From positions 1 through 64,000 of the forward strand of contig CAYFHS010000012.1 in the NCBI GenBank assembly GCA_964342815.1: a DNA stretch of 64,000 nt, in the 5' to 3' direction. The notes beneath the pieces are model-generated. The model did no database searches, was not told where the DNA came from, and worked only from the letters and a program-made list of their open reading frames with translations. Positions 40,031-49,800 of this stretch are shown one piece after another; position 1 is the first letter of the stretch; every line of letters starts with the position of its first letter. The translations under genes and the position numbers were made by a program. The DNA is from an uncultured archaeon (lineage in GTDB: Archaea; Thermoplasmatota; Penumbrarchaeia; JASLWR01).

Positions 40031-41296
40031 CTAGTGGTGAAGCTCCCTGGCGGCTATAAACGACAATCCGTTCTCCGTGAGAGCCTTCGCAGTGTTGTTC
40101 ACCGCGTCATGCTTGTCCAGGAAATTCCTCTCCATGCTGGCCGCGACACCCTGCTCCTCGATATCCTCCTTGGTCAGGAAATAATCGAGTATGCTGGATG
40201 GGCGCTCCCTCGACTCTTCCACCAGGACCTCTCCCCCTTCGTGCTTGGCACTAATATTCTTTACCCGAGGCGTGATCTCGATCAATTCATCCCGGCGGTC
40301 GTATGGTTGCCGTACAATGGCCCTGTAAGTCTCCAGAATGTGGTGTTCGAACCGGACCACATCCTCGAATCCGAATGCATTCCTGATCCCGTCAGACAGT
40401 TCGATGGTCCCGTTATCCACGGAATTGGAAAAATTGAAACCTATAAGAGAGGTGGTTCCGTCAGGTCTCGAGAACAATTTGGCCGTCATCAAGGTCCATA
40501 GTACCGAATAGGGATTGTCGTTCCCCATGAAAACCGATATCTTGAACTCGATATCCACGCCTATCTTGTGCAGCAGATAACCCAGAAGCACCGTCCCCGG
40601 ATTGATATTCAATACCTGTCTCACCCCGTACTCCGTGTAGTAATGCAAAAATTCATCTAGCCAAGCCAAGGCATGGTCGTTTGGCTGCCCGACACCACCG
40701 AAATAGCCGGTTATGGTCTCTGGGCCTCCGAGATGCACGTTGGATCCGTCGGTACCCTTGGTGTCAAGCGTTTCGCAGCAGCTCGAGCCTATTATTTTCG
40801 TTGCTGCGGTAAACGCCAGGATGTCATTATCCCGGACCTGCTCGGCCATGTTCCGCACCCGGATATACCTGCCGGGCATCAGTTCCCCCCTTTCCACAGC
40901 CTGTCTCGCCGCCACCATTAACCAGGGAAAATACTGGGCTGCGGATAATTCCAGGGTTACGGCATAATTATCCTTGAATTTTATATGTCCATAACGGTCG
41001 CCCAAAATCCTCTTCCGATATTCCTCGACGCTGATGAAGGCTCGCTTATCCTTCTGATTCTGTAGCCACTGAAGGTCCCGGACATATGGCGAGTTCAATT
41101 CGGAAAGCCGCCGGATGAGGGTTTCCGGTTTCCCGCTCTCACAGGCCTTCCTGTTGATTTCCTGAACGCCTCCGTACTTCTCGATGACCGAAAGAAATGA
41201 AGCGATCATCGGATTTTCGGGATCGAGAAGAAAACGGTTCAGCTCATTGACGATACCTGGGGATACCCTTAAGCTCTGCAGGATAGAAGAATCCAT
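40031..41296 (-). CDS. Conserved-looking hypothetical protein (enzyme-like, no family name recognised)
   Basis: 421-aa globular ORF with conserved-style motifs ETLDTKGTDGSNVHLGGPETITGYFGGVGQPN, EFKISVFMGNDNP and ISAKHEGG. Confidence 0.8.
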   Translation of the reverse strand: MDSSILQSLRVSPGIVNELNRFLLDPENPMIASFLSVIEKYGGVQEINRKACESGKPETLIRRLSELNSPYVRDLQWLQNQKDKRAFISVEEYRKRILGDRYGHIKFKDNYAVTLELSAAQYFPWLMVAARQAVERGELMPGRYIRVRNMAEQVRDNDILAFTAATKIIGSSCCETLDTKGTDGSNVHLGGPETITGYFGGVGQPNDHALAWLDEFLHYYTEYGVRQVLNINPGTVLLGYLLHKIGVDIEFKISVFMGNDNPYSVLWTLMTAKLFSRPDGTTSLIGFNFSNSVDNGTIELSDGIRNAFGFEDVVRFEHHILETYRAIVRQPYDRRDELIEITPRVKNISAKHEGGEVLVEESRERPSSILDYFLTKEDIEEQGVAASMERNFLDKHDAVNNTAKALTENGLSFIAARELHH

Positions 41297-41391
41297 AAGT
41301 TAACACTCCTGTATATCGAGTCTCTAGTGAGGCGGATGAGCCGCCCCTGCAATAATACAATAGTGAATCTTTGGTTGATCTGAAAAAATCA

Positions 41392-41742
41392 TCACATCAG
41401 GGAAATGATGGCTTCTGCGGGATTACCTTCATTCTCCTGAAGGGCTTTCTTTGCCGCCTCGTAGCTTGCACCCGTCTGGCCCATAACTATCTGAATATCC
41501 TCTTCCGGGATTTTAACGGTACCTTCCTTCTCGATTATCTTTGGTTCGCCAACGATATTGAAGGTTGTTTGGCCCTGGGTAACCATCATGGAGACCGATG
41601 CTTCATCGAACACATACTCCCGGTCGGCAGTTCGGATCAATATCTTCTCTACGTTCTCAAGCTCCTCCACCTCTATCCCCATTCGTTTCATCATCATTTT
41701 CATTTTTCTGGGATTCATCCCTCTACCTAGACCGGGTATCAA
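41392..41742 (-). CDS. nac: Nascent polypeptide-associated complex protein
   Basis: MNPRKMKMMMKRMGI, NAC beta region and C-terminal UBA (EEDIQIVMGQTGAS...GNPAEAI). Confidence 0.95.
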   Translation of the reverse strand: MIPGLGRGMNPRKMKMMMKRMGIEVEELENVEKILIRTADREYVFDEASVSMMVTQGQTTFNIVGEPKIIEKEGTVKIPEEDIQIVMGQTGASYEAAKKALQENEGNPAEAIISLM

Positions 41743-41753
41743 AATATCGCTTC

Positions 41754-42176
41754 CTATATATTCCTCTTGAAAAGATATCGACTGTAACCCGTGGCTGAGC
41801 CACCTGATGCCACTTTGAACTTCCCTTTTTTGAAGACCGCTCTCTTCTTGTTTATGGTATTATCACTGGCATACAGCTCCGCACCCACCGTCTTTATACC
41901 CTTCTTTTTCAGAATGGATACCACGTGCTTAAGCAGTCCCAGCGCATAGCCTTCAACGGACCAATCGTCGATGTTGAAGGAATTGATGGTTCCCTCCCTA
42001 CCCTGATAGGCGAATTCACACATCCCAATCCTCTTCGAAGCATCCTCGGTGTACAGCACGGTGGAATTTACCTCCCCCCCGCTCATCATCCTAACCACCT
42101 TTGTCTCGTAAATAACTTTGATCCTGGGCGAAAATAGACCACCCGTTTTTATCTTTTCGAAGGCGTGTTCAGCCAT
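41754..42176 (-). CDS. GNAT-fold-like hypothetical protein
   Basis: IGMCEFAY..GTINSFNID...GYALGLLKHVVSILKKKGIKTV secondary-structure pattern; lacks a canonical RxxGxG motif. Confidence 0.55.
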   Translation of the reverse strand: MAEHAFEKIKTGGLFSPRIKVIYETKVVRMMSGGEVNSTVLYTEDASKRIGMCEFAYQGREGTINSFNIDDWSVEGYALGLLKHVVSILKKKGIKTVGAELYASDNTINKKRAVFKKGKFKVASGGSATGYSRYLFKRNI

Positions 42177-42213
42177 TTAATTCCCCCTAAATTAATTTTC
42201 CGCGATCCATCAT

Positions 42214-42361
42214 ATTCAGCGGAATCGGCCCTGCAGGACTCCCGCTTTGCTCCGTTGCATCAAAGATTCAACTGAGCCCTTGGAAACATGCTGTTTCCTA
42301 CGGGCCACGATTCCGCGAACATTATCAAGCTGCGAATTTCGAATTATTTTCGAACTTCGCA
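42214..42361. repeat. Long copy of a dispersed palindromic (REP-like) element
   Basis: GCGGAATCG/CGATTCCGC outer stem with internal hairpins; ends identical to 18190-18236 in inverted orientation; adjacent TGCGAA...TTCGCA hairpin. Confidence 0.85.
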
Positions 42362-42473
42362 CCATTGACAATATTCAGGTCATGTTGGATTACAAAAGTA
42401 TCATATAAATGTTTTTACCGTTTTTAGAAAGTTTCCGATATTTTTCATCCCAGCAGCTGGAGAACCTATTAGG

Positions 42474-43763
42474 TCAAATCGGGTTACGTCCTTCCTTGAG
42501 ATAGCTGATGAGATCGGCTTCTGCCACGTTCCGCTGTTCCCCTGAATTCATGTCCTTCACCGCTACCAGAGATTTATTGCGTTCGTCCTCTCCGATTATC
42601 CCCACGTAAGCAGCACCCAGGGCATTACCGTATTTCATTGCCTTCTTCATATTTCTGCCTCTCAACTCCAGATCCACCTTCAAGCCCGAGCTTCTCAAAC
42701 GGTTGGCAACCTTCACAGTATGGGAAACGTCATTCTTTGAGACAGGGACCAGAAACAGATCCAATTTCTTAGATTTGAAAGCGTAACCCTGGGTATCAAG
42801 TGCCAGTAGTAATCTGTCGAATCCCAAAGCAAAGCCGCTTGTGGCCACCTCCCTTCCTCCGAACAAAGGTACAAGCGAATACTCTCCACCGCCGCAGATC
42901 TGTTTCTCGGCTCCCAATGCTGGCGCCTCTATCTCGAAGACGATCCCCGTGTAATAATCCAGACCTCGGACCACACCGAGGTCAACGTTGTAGTTACCCA
43001 CATCCATGATGTCCAACCATTGACAGATCTTCCGGAAAAGGTCCAGATGTTTATCGATACCCGGATACTCAGTTTCCATCTCCTTGATCTCCGAGAGAAT
43101 CCCCCTGCCTCCGCTGCCATCCGTAAGTCTTACGATGTCCGATACCAGCTTCGACGGCGTACCGTGCTCAAAAAGAAGGTCCTCCAGTCCTTCGATGTTC
43201 TTCTTGTCGATGAGTACAATGGCAGACGCCAGTGCATTTGAGGGTAGTTCGGCCTTCGCCATCACTGTCCTCAATATATCCAGGTAACCGATGTTGATCC
43301 GGAAATCATTCAGGCCGGATTTCTCCATTATCCTTACTGATAATGCGATCAATTCGGCCAGCGCAAGAGGTGTGGAACTGCCAATGAATTCGACACCGAA
43401 CTGCCAGAACTCGCGGAACCTTCCCTTTTGGGGCCTCTCGTATCTGAAGCAGTTTCCGAAATAGTACAGTTTTTGAGGTTTTGGTCGGTTCTGAAGACTA
43501 TTGACATAGAACCTCATTGCTGATGCCGTTAGTTCCGGTCGAAGAGCCAGGCTCCTCCCGTTCTTATCGGTAAAGTTGTACATCTGGTCGATTATTCCCG
43601 GGCCCGAACGCAGGGTGAAGAGATCCAAGTGTTCAAATGTAGGAAGATTGATCTCTCCGTACCCGAAACTCTCGACGGTTCCTCTCAGTGTAACAAGAAG
43701 TTGTTCCCGCCGGTCCATTTCCTCCGGTGTGAAATCCCTAGTTCCTCTGGGCCTACCGATCAT
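42474..43763 (-). CDS. hisS: Histidine--tRNA ligase
   Basis: RPRGTRDF, LRPELTAS, FRYERPQKGRFREFWQFGVE, VRGLDYYTG and CGGGEY. Confidence 0.98.
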   Translation of the reverse strand: MIGRPRGTRDFTPEEMDRREQLLVTLRGTVESFGYGEINLPTFEHLDLFTLRSGPGIIDQMYNFTDKNGRSLALRPELTASAMRFYVNSLQNRPKPQKLYYFGNCFRYERPQKGRFREFWQFGVEFIGSSTPLALAELIALSVRIMEKSGLNDFRINIGYLDILRTVMAKAELPSNALASAIVLIDKKNIEGLEDLLFEHGTPSKLVSDIVRLTDGSGGRGILSEIKEMETEYPGIDKHLDLFRKICQWLDIMDVGNYNVDLGVVRGLDYYTGIVFEIEAPALGAEKQICGGGEYSLVPLFGGREVATSGFALGFDRLLLALDTQGYAFKSKKLDLFLVPVSKNDVSHTVKVANRLRSSGLKVDLELRGRNMKKAMKYGNALGAAYVGIIGEDERNKSLVAVKDMNSGEQRNVAEADLISYLKEGRNPI

Positions 43764-43850
43764 ATCTCCATCCCCTGATTAGCTCGCCAGTTAATATTCA
43801 ACCTCAATAATTTCTCGGATAAGCTTGTGGAGCGAACCGGTAAAAATAGC

Positions 43851-46800
43851 TTATTCCTGGATGTGCTTAATACTCTCCTGAGCCAATCTCAGTGCTTCCT
43901 TGTAACGTTCCAGCCCGTAGGCGGTTCGCGCTTTCCTGAAATAATCCTGGGCCCGTTCATTATCAGTACCCTTTACAATCTCACCTGTGGCATAGAGTAC
44001 CGTCTTTGCTCTCTGTTCGAGAAGAGTGTTCCTCTGGTCCTTGAGTTCTTTCAAACACGCCTGGGAAAGTTCGTTCGCGCTTTCAAGGAGACCTCCTGAG
44101 AGATAATCCGTGGCCTTTTTGATATTTTTCTGGATCTTGGTGGTATCTCCTCTCATCCCTTCGACCTCTTCCATTATCGCACTGCAGTTATCGAGAATCC
44201 TCCTCAGTTCATCCCGGAAAATATCCTTTTCAAGGCCGCCCATGGCATTAATGATGAGGTTTTTAACCTCACCCGCTTTCTCCAATTCTCCCTCTTTAAG
44301 GAGAACCAGCAGCTTTTCCAGATCCCTTCTTGCGTTCAGAACCTCAGCTCCCTTCTCCTCGTATATATCCAGTTCTTTTCTAAGGGCTGTAGCCTCATCC
44401 TGCATTATCCGTACCCGGTTCATGTGAAGAAGCTCGTTAATCACTGATATTGCTTCGCGTATGTTATCATAGGCCAATGCCATGGCTTCCTTGAGGAACA
44501 ACTTCCGGCTTTCTTCCATAAGAAGGGTGCCCTGGGAAATGTCGAGATCAATGGCCTCGGCTTTCTCCAATCCTCTCTCAGCCTCCTGGCGGCTGATCAA
44601 ATATTTCTCGCTCATTATCTGCCAGTAACTATCCCGAGCGTCCTTCTCAGCTCTTTTGGCCACATTCATTGCGAATTTATACATCCCGGATTCAAACAGA
44701 CGACCGGCCATATCCAATCTTTTCAAGTGAACGGCTCCGTCCATATCTCTGGCCTTTGATTGAATAACATTCGTTATCCTTCTAATCTCCTCATTGAACT
44801 TCACCCTCCGTCTGCTGTCGATTTCCTTTTCAGCCAGATCGATTGCCTCTTCGCAGAGTCCCTGTATCTTCGAGTAATTCCTTTGTCTCTCCGCTTCCTG
44901 GGCCTTTATCAGGACTACCTGTACATCTTTCGCCTCTGAGAATTTTAGGCCCATCAGCCTCATTTTTTCTATAGCAGATGTAATAAAACGGCTCGCCAAG
45001 TCCTGTTCATGCCTCTTTAGGGCCATGTTCGCTCCGTCTTCGGCTCGAATAAAACATTTTTCCGCTTCCTTGAATCCCCCATTTTCAAGTGCTGCTTTTC
45101 CCTGAGCAAGCCAATGAAGCGCGCTGGTGGGGGTAAATTGTTTAGACTTAAGGGCGTTTACCTTGTAAGAAAGATCAAGATAATGGTCAATGTGGTTCTG
45201 TTTCGTTACTCTCTGTTCGATCTTCTCGATCTGATCACCCAGAAGATTTACGTATCGAAGTCTTTCCACCCACTCCGTCCCGGGTGTATCACTAAATATG
45301 TTCAGGTATAATTTATAAACATCAACCCCTACGATACCCCTTTTGAGCAGCTTTTCCACTCCGCCCAACCTGTTGATACGGGCTTTTTGATCTTCAAGTC
45401 CTCGTCCGATCTCCGCTTCGATAGTTTCGGTTATGAGATCCCGTATCTTTTCAAAATCCACGAAAGCACTGTCTTCTTCGGATCTGGGAACGGCTGGACC
45501 TATGCTCGGCAATCCATCCAGTTTCATTGTGTATTCCCGGATTCTCTCTTCCGGTAGATATTCGGAAACTCGGTCCAATAACCTTCTTACACTTTTTACA
45601 TTCTTTTGAAACATTGCTTTTGTTTCTTCATCCTCCAACATTTTAAAGAACTTGCTTAGAGACAATATCGTTTGTGTCAGTTCCTCGGTTATTGGAATGG
45701 CAGAATCGTCCCGCAACAATCTGAGTTTTTTCATCAGCTCCGTTTCATACCCCTGCCTTTCTCCTGTTGCTATCAATGAGTCTTCGAGTGAGAGAACAGC
45801 TTCGGATATATCTGCTGTTTTCTGCTTGCGGATATTCTGTGCCAGTTGAACTGCTTCCTCCATCAGTTTATAGGCTTTATCCAGCTCGCCGTTCTTAATT
45901 AATATTCGTCCTTGATCCATCATATTTTTCGGTTCATCCTGGTCAATACCGTCGGCAGCAAGTTCGTCTATCTGCAGTTTTATCCGCTGGTATTTCTCAT
46001 TCGCCATATTATTTTCATATTCGCTCCGTTTCAAATTGAAAAGCTTAATAATTTCCTCGTATGATTCATTCGCCGCGTCGAACTTTCGCTCGATTAACAG
46101 TCCCTCAATCTTTTTCATTTCTTCCTCGAAATGATCCTTTTTTATTGGAAGATTGCTGACTGATTCCCTCAGAGCTTCGATCTTCGTCTGAAGTTCACCC
46201 ATTACTGTCATCTCGTCGCAGGCACTTATAAATGATTTCAACTGGTGTGCGCACTTTCTGTGCTTTTCCTCAGCATAATTATCCTTGGCTTTATTCATCA
46301 TGGATTCGAGGTGACTTATGTCGAAGGGGAGCTTTCGGATATCTTTCATCAACAATTCCGCCGTATACAAAAGTCCGTTGGCACTATCTTTGAAGAACTG
46401 GGCCCTCTTTTCTTTAGCCAAGGCAATACACTCGGTTCCCTTGGCCAAGCCTTTCTCCGTATCCCCACCATCATACATCTCCCTCGCCTCGGCCAATAGA
46501 GCCATGGGTTCTGTTACGTCGACACCTTCCATACCGTATTTCTTGAGAAGAGCTTCATTTCGTTCAAGATTGGTATCGAGGAGATGAAGCTTGAACGTTG
46601 TTTCCTGCTCCCGAGCGCTATGAAGTGCGTGTCGTATATCATCCAGTAAGGAACGCTGCTCATCATCGGGTAATTCCGTACGGTCATCCAGGGTCTCCCT
46701 CAGCTCATTCAGCAATTGTAGAGATGAGGATATCTCAACTCCCTGTTCTTCGATGCCGCTGCATATATCAGATGTTTTTTCCAGTTCCTCCGATACAATT

Positions 46801-49800
46801 CTCAGATTGTGCCTGTTCTTAAGCTTAACAAGGGTCGTCGCCGCTTTTTTGACATAGATCTCTGCCTCGTCCAGAACACCTTTATCCACTAGGAGCTGGC
46901 TCATATCCATGAAGGATTTTTCCTCTTTCATCTCTATCTTGGATACGCCCATCTCCTTGAGATTATCATAAATGATCTTGTTTTTTATGATCATACCGTT
47001 TATCTTCGTTTTCAAGTAATTGAACCTTGCAGCGGTGATGGTCTTCTTAGCGTTTTCCAGCAGATTGATCGATTTATCATAATCCTCTCTTTTGAATTCT
47101 CGTTTACCTTTATCGAACAATGAGGAGCCTTCGGATACATCCACTCCGATGTTACGGGCTTCTTCCTGCAATGTTCTGATACTGTCTATGGACAGTAGAA
47201 TTTCTTGGCGCCTCTTTTCGAAAGCTGCTTTCTCGATCCCCTTTTGAAACCATTCTATACTAGGTCCGTAGTGTTCTTTGTCAAGCAATTTATCCCCTTT
47301 CTGAATATAAACCATGAGAGGAGAGGTTGCGCCACCCAGTTCTTCGATCTCGGCTATAATATCTTCGAGCAGCCTTTTTGTGGAGATTGCTTTGCGTTTC
47401 ATGTATTCCCGGCTTCGATCCCTTACATCGTCCTCGAACTGGACGATACGTGCCAATATCTCGGTTGAAACTTCTTCCTTTACGCCATTGTATAGTTCAT
47501 TCAATCGGTTAAAATAATCCGTAAGATCAAAACCTCCTCCGGAGTCCTTTTCTATGAACTCCACCACCCCCTTGCTTCTTGAGAGACGATCCAAGGCGAT
47601 TTCCAGGTCGTACTCCCTTTCCCTTTTCATCCCTTCTTTAATTGCCAGCTTACAGTATGCCTCCACCTCGATGAAATTGTTCTTCTTAAATAATTCAACT
47701 GCATCACGATAGAGGTCGCTCATCAGCTCCGTGTCAACGCCTTTGGCTAAAAGACGGTCCAATTCCTCCTTGACGCTGTCCAAAGAAGTTTGGGAATTTC
47801 CCAGCTTATGATCGAGCTCAAGGGAATCCCTTATCTTCTTCACTTTATCTATTATCCGGTATGTCTCATCAAAGATTCCTTTGGAAAGGTTGGAATTCGC
47901 ACTCACCAGAAGAGTTTCCATCTCCATGGTGTCAACCCCCTCTTCGCTTAGGCTACGCTTTTTCTGTTCCAGTTCATCCAAGAATACACGGACCTTACCA
48001 CGGTGGAACTCGATCTCTATCTCCCTGATATCTTTCTGCCTCTTCAATATTGCGGACCTTGCTTCGGAGAAGGAACCTTTGGATATCATCCGCTTTATTT
48101 TCAGTAATTTACCATCCATTCCCGTTACATCGGCACCTCGGTTAGCAAGTTCGAAAAGAGCGTCCTCCAATTCGTATAACTGGGTCAATAAGCGATTGGT
48201 CACGAAAAAATCCCTGGCGGATTCAGCCTCGGTCCATCCTTTTTTCAAAAGTTCCGACGTGACATTGTATTCCTTCTGCTCAAGGTAATCTGTACTTTTA
48301 TCAACTATCGAATACAGAGAAGAAACATCAACATCCTTTTTGGAAAATTTGTCCAGGAGAGCCTTGAATTCACCGATCTCTTTACGATAGAAATCATCCC
48401 TGTATGCATGGAATTTTTCATTCATCTCATTATCGAGCTTTTCGAGGGTTTCTTTGGCATTATCGAAATCGGCCGCATCCAGCATAACTGCCACCTGGGA
48501 CAGAACATCTTTTTCTTCTTTAAGCTCCATACCTTCATTTTCCAGTTCAGCGTGCCGGTCCATAAGAATTTGGCTTTTTTTCTGCAGTGTACCAAGTCTC
48601 CTTCTTACCTTTATCTTGCTAGACAATTCTTCGCCGAGCTCATATGCCTCTTTATACTTCTGTTCAGTGAAATATTCCTTCACGCGGTCCAGTTGTACCC
48701 GGAAGGAGGAGATGTCCTGGCCGACCTCAAGCAATTCGCGAAAGGCGATCTTCGTTTCCGATATGATATCCAAAGACCTTTCCTGGTAATAATATTCTCG
48801 CAACCTTGAAGATATCTCCAAGGCCTGATCCAGATCCTTTGAGGCTGTCGCCATCTCTTTCAATTCAATCTTCTTCTTTGCATCTTCAAGTATCATTTCC
48901 AGTTCAGCAGTATCTATGGATGCTTCTTTCCACTTACCAATGTCCCTGAAAATCCCGTCATAGGTCTCTTTGAAAACCGAACTCTTAGTAAGTATATAAC
49001 TGTTCTCCGCCTTCTTTCGTGCTTCCGTTAGAATGGCCTTGGCCTCTTCATAATTGCCTTTCTTGTGAGCATCGGCCGCGTCTTCCAGTGCACCCTTTAC
49101 TTCATCAAGCTGGATTCCCTCGGTTTCAAGCTCATTATACCGATCTTGCATTTCCTTTAATTTTTCAGCGGATTGCCCCCCCAGATATTCCTGTTTCTTC
49201 TCCGTAATGGATTCCATTATCTTGTTCATAATGGGAGCCAGGTCTCCAAAATCGTCATTTTCGACTTTTGTCTTTGCATCGTTCAGCCGTTCCTCCAATG
49301 AACTAATATCCACTCCGCCCCGCTGAAGCGCTTTGATCAGGGTATGATAGTCGAGTAACGTATCAAGGTACATCTTGCGAAAGAAATCCGTTTTCGTGTT
49401 CTTAGCTGAATCGAAAGCATCCTTGACTATTTGAAAACCCGCCTCCATATCCTTACCCCGTATCTTGAGATCGGCCAATTGCAAAAGTTTCTCCGCCTTT
49501 ATTACCTTCAATCCTTTTTCCTTCAATTCTGATATGATGGAATCAGTATCTCCCTTGATCTTGTCTATCTTCATGAGCAGGTGGGCTCCCCAGGTTTCGT
49601 TCAATAATTCTTCCGCGGTCCTTAATGCTTCATTAGCACTGTTGTAATCTCCACTTTGTAATATACTTCGTCCCTTGTTGAAGGAGAGCCATGCCTTGGA
49701 AACATCGACATCCTTCTTCGCTATTTCCTCAAGGCGTTTTTCGGTCTCGTCAAACTTCTTTTTCGACTCAGTAAGCTTGTGATGACTGATCATTTTTTCG

